Positions 12,468 to 23,600 of a stretch of DNA of 64,000 nucleotides are shown one piece after another (the first letter of the stretch is position 1; each line of letters opens with the position of its first letter). The stretch is from Macrostomum hystrix (Eukaryota > Animalia > Platyhelminthes). The stretch spans positions 5,208,001-5,272,000 of the forward strand of contig CATNEN010000039.1 in assembly GCA_950097015.1 (NCBI GenBank), in the 5' to 3' direction. The position numbers and the translations under genes are program-made. The notes under the pieces are model-generated. The model had not been told where the DNA came from. It worked only from the letters and a program-made list of their open reading frames with translations, and ran no database searches.

Positions 12468-14364
12468 ATGCTGTCCCATCTGCTTTTCTGTGTCGCTTTG
12501 TTGCCATTCGTTTTTTGTGAAGTGCATTTTAAAGAAGAATTTCTAGATGGTAAGTTAAAATGCAAACTTATTTACCGCAATACTTGTACTCAGACTTGGG
12601 TTGAGAATTCAAAACGTTTACAAATATTAAATAATACACGTTTAGTACTTGAATATCAAAATCGAATCCAATGATTCACCTACAATTCGGAAATGTACAG
12701 TGAGACAATTAAGTATATACTTTTCTTTGGAAAGTATAATAACAAAAAGCTATGCTTAAAGTTCAAGAAAGTTTTTTAGAAACCATATAGGCATGAGACT
12801 TCGATTGCTTAAAAAATAAAAAAATTATCATTACATTGAAGTGATTTCAACAGTTGTTTGTTTAAATTAAACAGTAACAACTATTGTTAAAATAGTTTTT
12901 CAAAGCATAAAGACTTGCGGAAAATTGTAAATAAAATCGTGTTTTTTGTATATTTTTATAAAATAATATTTTCAGCATTTTTTTGTTTTTAAGTCTCAAC
13001 GCGTTACATTTACTTGCAGTAAGTAAACAGCATTAAATAATGCAGTTTTTCGTTGCAACATTTTCTAAAGCACCATCATTTTTGCAGATTCGTGGCATGA
13101 TCGCTGGGTCGAGTCAACATTCAAAGGCGGCGAGCAGGGGAAGTGGATCTGGAGCGCCGGCAAGTTCTACAATGATGCCGAGCAGGACAAGGGCATCCAG
13201 ACGTCGCAGGACGCGAAGTTCTACGGCATCAGCGCCAAGTTTGGCAAGAGCTTTTCCAATGCTGGCAAGCCGCTAGTCATTCAGTTCCAGGTTGGTATTT
13301 AGCAATCTCATGAGTAGTACTCGTAGAATTGCTGCCATAATAGTCGAGAACTTCATATTGTTTGGAGTTTCCGACACAAAAAATCCGCTTCAAAACTCCT
13401 TTTAATCGAAATCTCTCAGGTGAAGCACGAGCAGAGTATCGACTGCGGCGGCGGCTACGTAAAGCTTTTGGGCAGCGACATTGACCAGAAGAATTTCCAC
13501 GGTGACACGCCCTACAAGATCATGTTCGGACCGGACATTTGCGGCCAGAGCACCAAGAAGGTGCACGTCATCTTCAACTACAAGGGCAAGAATCTGCTCA
13601 TTAAGAAAGAGATTGGCTGCAAAGACGATGCGCGGAGTCACCTGTATACATTGATTGTGAAGCCGGACAATACCTACGAGGTGCTGATTGACAACGAGCG
13701 AGTCGAGGGCGGCGACCTCGAAGCCGACTGGGACTTTTTGGCGCCGAAGAAGATCAAGGATCCGGCCGCCAAGAAACCCGACGACTGGGACGAGCGTGAG
13801 AAAATCGATGACCCCAATGACACGAAGCCAGCCGACTGGGACAAGCCCAAGACCATCCCGGATCCCAAGGCCAAGAAACCTGATGACTGGGACGATGAGA
13901 TGGACGGCGAATGGGAACCGCCGATGGTTGACAATCCGGACTACAAGGGCGACTGGAAGCCAAAGCAGATTGACAACCCGGCCTACAAGGGCAAATGGGT
14001 GCACCCGGAGATCGACAACCCCGAATACTCGCCAGACAGCGAGCTGTACAAGTACTCCGACATTGGCGCCATCGGCTTCGATTTGTGGCAGGTGAAGTCT
14101 GGCTCAATTTTCGACAACGTGTTTGTTGGCGACAATCCGGCCGAGGCCAAGGCCTTCGCCGAAGCCACATTTAACAAATCCGCGGAAGGCGAGAAGAAAA
14201 TGAAGGAGAAGCAGGACGAGGAGGATCGCAAGAAGGCCGAGGAAGAGGAGAAAAAGCGCAAGGAGGAGGAAGAGAAGAAGAAAGCGGAGGAGGAGGCCAA
14301 GAAGAAGGAGGCCGCAGAGGCAGAGGACAGCACCAAGCAGACGGACAAGAAGGATGAGCTCTAG
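12468..14364 (+). CDS. CALR: Calreticulin
   Basis: Exons 12468-12549, 13088-13290, 13420-14364 (phases 1,0). Signal peptide, VHFKEEFLD, KHEQSIDCGGGYVKL, IMFGPDICG, P-domain KPDDWD and GxWxPxxIxNPxYKG repeats, acidic tail and C-terminal KDEL. Confidence 0.98.
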
Positions 14365-16064
14365 CTGTAGTTTTCAGTTCCGGAACTCGTTTTCCAGTCA
14401 CGCCCTGCTCATTTGCACTCCTTGATAACACCAGAAAAGGCCAATTCACAGGCTCGAAAAGTTTTGTTTGCCCTGCAAGTTCTAGCCTTTAATCGGACAC
14501 TTTTATCTAAACTAGATGGTGCAAGGTCGGATGCCATCACACTTTAAGATTGTGATCTCCAGCTTAAACGTTTTATACTCAATTATTTCACACTAATTTT
14601 ATCCTAGTCTAAGCTCTGCCTAGAGAAGTTTACACAGTTATAGCTTTTCTTGTATCGATTGTACTCGTATGCTTGCTTACTTCCCTAAGTTTCTTTCTTG
14701 GTCATTTTTTCTGTTGCACAAAATTCTTATTTCCCCACCGCCTTTCCTGTTCTGCTCCTTGTGGTTAAATTGCCCGTGTTAAACTGCTCACATTATATTT
14801 GTATTCTATTGAATTTATTGAATTCGCAACATTCCAGGATATTGTGCTAATTTGTTCTGGATCAATATCGACAGAGAAAATTACCACGAGAATTATTGTC
14901 AGTATCGCACAGGTTCCCTGATGTTGGGGACGCCACTCTGTCTCATCGCTGTTGCGGCTAGCACCATGGCGTCTCTTATGGTTAAAAACTTTGTTTTCTC
15001 TCGCCGGATGAGCAAGTGCACCAGCACTCGCGTGCACTCATCGGTATTATCGATGCCAACCCAATAAATGCTGATTTTTAATTTGACAATGGCTAATCGA
15101 AAAAATTTATACTAGAGTCTTGGATATTTTCATTTCTCTATGTCAAAGAAAAGAAAAGAAAATAATTTCTCTACGCCAAACCTTGACGATGTTTGTACTC
15201 GTGTATCAGCGAACGTCTCGTTGCTCTCCCAAGCAATGTGCTTAATTCCCAAAAACGGTATTATTATGGCATCGTGCTCGCGGTAGTCTCTCCCCCCAGT
15301 ATCGGCCAGGCCGTTCAAACTTACCTCGTTCAAACTAGAGGTGCCTTTTCAGTGAAGCCTTAAAAGTGTGTCTGAAGAGGCTGGCAGGTCATGTGTCGTG
15401 ACTGGCCGACCCCCAGAGGGGAATCTTTGTGGACGACGTAATGGAAGGCGGGCCAGTATCATTGGCGATCGTGTCTCTCGTAGTTTTGACCTAACCAATT
15501 TATGATGCCTGAAGCATAGAAGGAAGATTCTTACTAGCGACTGTCGTAACGGCAAGTTGACAGTCTCCAGCTCTCCGGGAGCCTGACTTTCCTACTCACA
15601 GTAGACAGCAAAGGGTGCAAGTTATACTTCGACACAATGATTCGATTCATTTTACACCTGAATCGAGAAAGTTTTTATTATTGACTCTCGATCTCATAAT
15701 CTCATATTTGACTCTCGAAACTATCAGAAACTGCAGATAGTATTTTCTGCCTTCAATTTTCGATTTGAAAAGTGATTTTTAAATCGTTTGAAATATCGTT
15801 TCTCAAAGCTGGAAATTACTGAAAAAGCGGCTGTATTCCTTATTTCGAACACGCCCCATGCTCATTCATGCGGCATAAAATTTTCAATGTTCATAAAACA
15901 TCCTGAATTTTTCGCGCATGTTTTATTCACGATTTCTTTAGGCTGCGGTGGTAACAGAGTTAAATTAATGTGGTGCATGAATGTGATGCATAAAATAGGA
16001 AAATACCGATTACTGTGCGAACACAGATCTGCAACAATCTCAGTCGTCATCGTCAAGGTTAAGA

Positions 16065-17531
16065 CTAGAAATTATCAAATTTCACAGCGCGACTGTTCGC
16101 CTGCGGCAAAATGTGGAGCACAATGAGCACGCTGAGAACGGTGCTCACCAGGTAGAACTCGAACAGGAACTTGTCAATCACCTCGGCCAGGTAGGTCCAC
16201 TTCTGCTGTTCGCGTCGAGTTCGCTCGAGACGTCGCCTTGGAACCGACCCGTCGCTTTCGTCGTCTTCGTCACTTTCCGTGTCGTCCGCATCTTTGTCGG
16301 GTTCCATTTTCGTTTTCAAAGCAACAACCTCCTTGGCCTCCTCTGCTTCCTGCACCTCCGTCAGCAGTGGTATTGGCGCAGCCTTGGTCGCGCCCTCCGC
16401 CTGGCCCTGACGACGCCTTTGCGGCCGGCGCCTCCTTTTGAACGACTTGTCATCTTCGGCTGAGGCCGAGTGCAGGTGCTGGCAGCTGAACGTGATGGGC
16501 CCCAAAAACCTGCTGCCAATGAGCCAGAGCCAGGCTGGAACTCGCGGACACGGGTCGTGCTCGCTTCGGCCGTGCACGTGTATGACCAAAGTGGCCAGGA
16601 TGAGCGACAGCGAGTTCAGCGTCATCACCATGTTGAGGAAGATACCAATTAGAGGCGTGGAGTTCGACTCCGGCGTGTTCTCCGCAATGAGCAGCTCAAG
16701 GAAATAAAGGAACAGGAACACGTTGAGTCCGATTTCTACTTTCTCGGCGATGTGGCAGGGCAGCCAGAAGCTGAACATTGTGAGCACACACAGCATGATG
16801 CTCGGCGCGATGACAGTATAAGAATAGTAGAGGGCCTTGCGCTGAATATGGATCTTCATTGCGAGCAAGGGATATGTCAGGTTGTTGAGCATTTCCCGTC
16901 GACTTGGACTCATGCGAATTCCCGAGAGCTTCAGCTCCTGATGCTCCTGCAGCTGGGAGGTGTCCACGCCGCTCTCGCCCGATGGCAGGCTCAAATCCAG
17001 CTGGGTGGCATCGTAGGTCCACGATGCAAAGAGAACCTCGCAGAACTGATGATCGAATGGGAAGTAAAGAACGTCAACGCTGCACGAGCTGCGTATGGTG
17101 GTCGGGATACTCCAGAGAACTCGGCCCGTGTGGTGCAGACTCACTCGGCTGTTGTTGTCATGCACGAAACCCTCGTTGCCGTCGCCGGCGTTGTTGTAGA
17201 CGTAGATGTCCGGCAACCAGATACTGCTGGCCGGCAGGATGGTGTCGCGGATTTCGGCGAATTCAGCCGGGTGCCAAGCTAGGCGTTCATCGTTCCAGGA
17301 CTCCATCACAATGGCGTTCAAGTGCAGGATTTGGTTCTTCTCGTCTAAATCCATTAGGCGGCTGACCTGGACGCTGAAGGTGACACCGAGCGTGGCGTTG
17401 GCAGAAAACACCGGGCGAGTGTCTGCGTCGTAGGAGAGCATCAGGTGGCGATGAAGCCGGTCCTGCGGCGGCTCGATGGCTGCCAGCACTCGATACAGTA
17501 GAAGCAATCCCAGAAGAGCAAGACGCAGCAT
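16065..17531 (-). CDS. Intronless Cys-loop ligand-gated ion channel subunit (nAChR-like, non-alpha, atypical)
   Basis: 488 aa. Signal peptide, WLPDIYVYNN, Cys-loop CSVDVLYFPFDHQFC, FASWTYD, four TM segments including EKVEIGLNVFL (M2) and WTYLAEVIDK before M4; no vicinal CC in loop C. Confidence 0.93.
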   Translation of the reverse strand: MLRLALLGLLLLYRVLAAIEPPQDRLHRHLMLSYDADTRPVFSANATLGVTFSVQVSRLMDLDEKNQILHLNAIVMESWNDERLAWHPAEFAEIRDTILPASSIWLPDIYVYNNAGDGNEGFVHDNNSRVSLHHTGRVLWSIPTTIRSSCSVDVLYFPFDHQFCEVLFASWTYDATQLDLSLPSGESGVDTSQLQEHQELKLSGIRMSPSRREMLNNLTYPLLAMKIHIQRKALYYSYTVIAPSIMLCVLTMFSFWLPCHIAEKVEIGLNVFLFLYFLELLIAENTPESNSTPLIGIFLNMVMTLNSLSLILATLVIHVHGRSEHDPCPRVPAWLWLIGSRFLGPITFSCQHLHSASAEDDKSFKRRRRPQRRRQGQAEGATKAAPIPLLTEVQEAEEAKEVVALKTKMEPDKDADDTESDEDDESDGSVPRRRLERTRREQQKWTYLAEVIDKFLFEFYLVSTVLSVLIVLHILPQANSRAVKFDNF

Positions 17532-20500
17532 GTCAATCTTTCTGATTTCCTCTGGCTTAGTTTTGGGAGGCCGGTTTCAGTTCGGCTTCTAATCCTCGTT
17601 TGCTGTTTTTTCGCGAGCTACTAGCTCTGACTTTATACGACCGCCCTCCGCAGATGCGACTAAAGAGGCATTTCTTGGAACAGACCGAGCGAGAGAGACG
17701 AGAGAGAATGAAGCAGGGGAGAAATCGGAGACGGGAAGAGGGAGAGAGCGAAAGTGGCAGCAATCAAATTTACAGTCCCCCAGTTCCGTCTCCTACGTAT
17801 TTCGGTCTAGCTACCTCGGGGGGGGCGAATCTTAGGGGGGCTAAAATAAGGGGATATAGAGCTGTATAAGGAGGGGAATAGGCTAGAGGCGGGGAGCGCC
17901 TGGGGGGTGCAAAACGAGGTAAGCCGCTCGGGTGGAGGCGATGGGGTTTGTTTTTGTTACTGCTGCTGCTGCTGCTGCTGCTGCTGTTTCTTAAACTCGT
18001 GGCTAGAGCAATGAACTAATGCCTCAGAGTTCGTGTGTATCCCACGGTATCGGGTCAAAGTCAGGGATTACATGCCTAGGCGCTTATTTATCAATACGCA
18101 GAGGAAAACGTACTAATGATTGGCGAGGCTTCACTACTGGCTCCCGATCTTAGTCCAGCGATTTCCAGTTTCCTAGGCCAGGCTCTGGCCTGCTGCATAG
18201 GGAAGTTAAGATTCGAGAATCTGTGAAGCGAATCGGGTTCTATGTGCACTGCTCCTCGACAACAACCCAACAACTCAACGGAGCTGCATCGAGTGGGTCG
18301 TTTTAGAGCTGCTTTAAATCCTCTTCAATAGGGAAAGAGGTCTCTCCTGCTTGTCTTGGCAGAGAGGATCTAAAGTCCGATGAAGCGGTAAGAATCGATA
18401 CAACCAAGAAGAGGAGTGAAGGACAACCGCTGTTCCCCATTAGGGTTGGGCCTCTTAAATCTAACCTGCCCCGGTCTGGCTGTCTCCGGTCTCCAGTTTT
18501 CCTCCGCTCTCGTCAGCCGGCATTCGTTTGGGCAGGTTAACTAAATCTAAAGTTCACTTATCTCCCTCTCTCTCTCATTTCATGCAGTCCTTTAGAATCT
18601 TTCCAAAGTCTGTCGGAAAAGGCAGCCCCATGCACCGCGCTGGGGCAGGGAAGGTGATTTCTTTCCTTCGGCAAACACACACTCACACACACTCATACAT
18701 ACACTCACTCACACACTCACACAAACTCACATATACGACCCCAGTTGAGCATAGCCATGGAGTTCTGAATGTAGAACCTGGTGAGCAAAGTCTCCGAAAA
18801 CCTCTATTTTCCGGGCTTAAACCATCTGTTCCACAGTTAAACAGTTCGGATTATGCAATATTCATGAACTGTTAGGAGAAATTCAAATAAATTCAGTTTT
18901 TTGCTGTTTAAATATTTATTATATTATATTACAGTTTAGCTTGTGTATCTGCCTGTTCTAGCCTGTTGAGATGCAGAAAACTTTTTAATCAAGTATCAGA
19001 TTTTCATGCAAGGTAGCTTAACTGGTAGAAATCAATAATGCCTATCGATTAACCACAAGGCTTTTCAATAGAACTAAAATGAAAAAACTTTTCTACGTAC
19101 ATTTTTTTCGTTTTTGTGCGGAAACTTTTGTTAATTTTTTTCTTAAACTTCCTAAAAGTTCAACTCTGTAGCTAAAAAGGAGACAAACGAGCTCCATGTT
19201 TTCCGGAAAATTGCGAGGAACTGTCGCCGGGGTGTACATTCAGAGCTGCATGACTGAGTCCACAATCCAGCTGTGCAAGCAAACGAAAAAGAGAGAAGTT
19301 TTCTGTAAATACATGAGCATGCTGAGCCGGGAGGTCAATGCAAAGGCGCACATTGTACTTAGCAATGCGAGCTGGTAACTCACAAATTCATGCTGGTATC
19401 GACATTGAACAAAGTCTAGTTAATGATACGTAGCTGAAGGTGATAGTCAGAGTGCGTTGTCGTTGAAGAGTGAACCATGAGAAGTAATCGCAGTGGAGCT
19501 GCTGGAATGCAAGTAAATAGCCAGCTTATTTGCATATTAAAAGTATCCGTAAAAATTTCACCCGAAGGTTGCCGAGTGCGCTCGGTTGCGATCGGAAGAA
19601 TTCCCAAAAGGAAAGTCGGACGTGATTCGCATGTCCACTAGATGAGATTTCCATAGGGTAAAACACGTTAGTTCAAACTTCAGTGGGTAAACTTTGGTGA
19701 TGAAATTTCTATGGGGAAATTTCGGTGTGGAAATATCGGTAGGGAAAAGGTAATACAAAAGTCCAGGCGGGTAATTTCGGTTACAACCACAAGCATCTGC
19801 CGTACGTGGTTGTAGTCTAACACACAAATACAAGCGTAATTATAAATCCGCAGTTGAAATTCTACATGTCATTAGCAGTTTTTCATTAAGGACTTAAAAG
19901 TCCTGAAGGATTAAAATGTATGTTTATGTCAGTTATTACTTGAACCAGTAAGTTTAATGAAGGCTCATCGTTTTGCAGAAGTAAGTGAAGGCGAAAAATT
20001 CAAACATTTGTAGTTTCCGACTTCCTAGGCAAAGCCCTTTGCAATCATGTCAGGGATTTAATTAAAAATTGGTTAGTATTCTAGTACTTTGTCTAAGCGT
20101 CTAATGAGACCTTTAATTAATCAACACAATTAAAGTACGAGCGTAGTGGCACAGATACAACCACTAATGAAGGTGAGATTTCAGGTGAGCTAACCAATAT
20201 CCTTTTTAGCTTGGCTCATAATCATAATCATAATCAAGACTCATACTAGATATTTTGCTCATTTTCTAGCCAAACCACTCTCATATTCCAAGCGTACTAC
20301 TTCTAGAAGGACGAATAGTAATGCGGTTAGAATCTTCACAAGCATTGGCAAATTATTTCTAATAGCTTGAAACGGGGTTGCAACGGGGGACAAAGCTGGT
20401 AAAACGTATTGGGTGTCTCCTAGTAAAATGGTGAGCTAAAAGTGTGACAATTCTGGAAAACTAAACGTAACAATGTCCTCACGGTAAAACGGGATTAGTT

Positions 20501-20641
20501 AGCCGATCAATAATGCGCGATGCAGGGAGTAAAATTATGAAAAAACTATATCAAATTCGTCTTCATTTTTCTATATAAAGCTAATTTCTCAAGCAAAAAA
20601 ATAATCAGGCAAAATAACCATAGCTTCATTGGCGTCCTTAT

Positions 20642-23600
20642 TCATTCCGCAACGGCAAGCTCTAGAATGTCGTCTACTAGAAACTCCGCCTGGGCCTCAA
20701 CGTCGAAGTTATCAGCAACAACTTCATGATTCTGTGATAGGTCATTCCCAGGAGATTCTGGCTCAGTTAGATTAACTTCCGGCTCTGTTGGTTTTACATC
20801 CGGCTCTGTTGGTTTCACTTCCGGCTCTGTTGGTTTCACTTCCGGCTCTGTCGGTTTTACTTCCGGCTCTGTTGGTTTCACTTCCGGCTCTGTTGGTTTC
20901 ACTTCCGGCTCTGTTGGTTTCACTTCCGGCTCTGTCGGTTTTACTTCCGGCTCTGTCGGTTTTACTTCCGGCTCTGTTGGTTTCACTTCCGGCTCTGTTG
21001 GTTTTACTTCCGGCTCTGTTGGTTTTATTTCCGGCTCTGTTGGTTTCACTTCCGGCTCTGTTGGTTTCACTTCCGGCTCTGTCGGTTTCACTTCCGGCTC
21101 TGTCGGTTTTACTTCCGGCTCTGTTGGTTTCAAGTCGGGCTCTGCTTGCTTAATTTCTGACACTTCTAATTTTACTTCCGCTGATGATGCTGAATTCACT
21201 TCCGGTTCTGGTGGTTCTACTTCTGGTGCTGCTGAACTCACTTCCAGGTCCAATGGCTTCAATTCCGGTGCTGCTGGTTTTGCTTCTGACGATGGAGTGA
21301 AGTCGATTCCAGATTTTAGCTGATTGTCTTCTTGATTAGCTTGCTTGGTTTCCGGCTCTATTAACCCAACTTGGTGCACCGGATGCTCCTTCTGCGGCGC
21401 TTGCGCCAGCTGCTGTTCCAATCGGACTTGCGGTTGCGGCTTAGTCGGTAGCACCTGCTCCTGAGGTGGCTGGACCTGTGAAATAGATACAGACTGAGCA
21501 GCAGGCTGTTGATGATATAGCTCATCAGAGACAATCTGCTGGTGCATGGACACCTGCATCTGCATCGGCTGAGTTTGAAGTTTTTGCAGTTTCTGCTGCT
21601 GAATTGGCGCTTCAAGTGGCTGGCCTGACAAATTTGGTGTCTGAATCTTTACCTGATGATTCGGAGCCTGTTGCAGTGCCTGTTGCTGCAGCTGAACAGG
21701 CTGCATCTTCTGCTGCTGGTGAGGCTGCATCTGTTGCTGAGGCTGGATCACCTGCTGCTGTGGCTGAATCGGCTGCTGCTGTCGTTGAGGATGCATACGC
21801 TGCTGCTGAGGCTGAATCTGTTGCTGAGGCTGGATCACCTGCTGCTGCTGAGGCTGGATCACCTGCTGCTGGTGAGGCTGCATCTGCTGCTGAGGCTGGA
21901 TCACCTGCTGCTGTGGGTGCATCTGCTGCTGCTGCCGTTGAGGATGTATACGCTGCTGCTGAGGCTGAATCTGTTGCTGAGGCTGGATCACCTGCTGCTG
22001 CTGAGGATGCATCTGCTGCTGCTGAGGCGGCATTACCTGATACTGCTGCATTACCTGCTGCTGCGGCTGCATCTGCTGCTGCTGCTGTGGATGTATCTGC
22101 TGCTGTTGAGCCTGGAACACTTGCTGCTGTTGAGGATGCATCTGCTGCTGCTGTGGATGCATCTGCTGCTGCTGAGGATGTATCTGCTGTTGCTGCTGCT
22201 GAGGGTGTATCTGCTGTTGCTGTTGCTGTGGCTGCATCTGCTGCTGCTGCTGTGGACGCATCTGCTGTTGCTGAGGATGTATCTGCTGTTGCTGCTGCTG
22301 AGGGTGTTTCTGCTGTTGCTGTTGCTGTGGACGCATCTGCTGCTGCTGAGGCTGGATCACCTGCTGCTGCTGAGGGTGCATCTGCTGCTGCTGTGGACGC
22401 ATCTGCTGCTGCTGAGGCTGGATCACCTGCTGCTGCTGAGGGTGCATCTGATGCTGCTGAGGATGGATCACCTGCTGCTGTTGAGGATGCATCTGATGCT
22501 GCTGAGGCTGGATCACCTGCTGCTGCTGAGGCTGCATCTGATGCTGCTGAGGCTGGATCACCTGCTGCTGCTGAGGCTGCATCTTCTGCTGCTGAGGATG
22601 CATCTGCTGCTGCTGAGGATGCATCTGCTGTTGCTGAGGATGCATCTGCTGTTGCTGCTGCTGTGGTCGCATCTGTTGCTGCTGAGGCTGCATCTGCTGC
22701 TGCTGGGGTTTGGGCTGTGGCTGCTGCACAAGGTGCACCGGTTGCTGCTGATTTTGCTGCTGCGGCCTGCTCTGTTGCTGCTGTCCATCCGAAATTCCAG
22801 CAAAATGACCTCCTCGTAAATTGGCCTGCACATTAGCGTACAGGAGTTCAGCTTGCTCAACCTCGGGGTCGCGAAATAGCCGAGACTTCAGATCGGATTC
22901 TGCAAAGCAAAATGTGTCGACGCTAAGTACACAATGTCAGGCTTGATATCGCACAAAACGAAAGTTTCTGTCAATCTGTACCTCGTTCCACACGAAGCAG
23001 CTCTGTGACGGACGGTTTCGGACGACTGATCTTGCTTTCCAGCTCCTGGGAGCGCTCCACTTTGCGAAGCTCCATCAGCCGCCTAAAGTTGGCCGCTTCT
23101 GGTTATTGGAAAATAGTTTTTGTAGTTCGAGCGTGTCGACTATAGCGTCCCAAAATTTATGTGAATCGTACAAACAATTTCCGCTAAGGATCTGTGACAC
23201 AAGTTCAACAAGGTTTTATGGGTAATCAAGATTAACTAACCAGAGCAGTCCCAGTTTCTCAAAGCAGCTACTCACCCGGCTCAACATGCTTCAACTCGGG
23301 CCGGTAGTCCTCCACCGGCAAGACGGTGAGGACCGCCTCCGCGAATATCTGTCCCAGCGGGTTGCGGGCCAGGACGCGGAGTCGAGTGTCGCCGATATCT
23401 TTGCAGCGCAGAATCTCCAGGTAATTAATCGAGCCATCATGATACACCTTGCAATTGGATGTCTAAAAGTTTGACAATGGGTTTGTTCGTTTTAGTGATT
23501 AAACATACATTTCTTTGTGCACGCCTGCCACGCTTTAGCAAGCAAATCAGCGTTGCATGGCGCTGATATGCAAAGCGAAGTACAAATGTATTTTTACAAG

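Noticed and set aside
13402-14449. Several ORFs overlapping calreticulin
   Set aside because: Alternative-frame and antisense shadows of a GC3-rich exon.
15372-15420. CTGAAGA-GGC...GCC-GAC hammerhead-like string
   Set aside because: Lacks the GAAA core and a convincing stem I/III.
21604-22836. Long Ala-rich and Leu-rich plus-strand ORFs
   Set aside because: Antisense shadows of the CAG-rich coding exon; only the minus-strand frame splices into the Ig gene.
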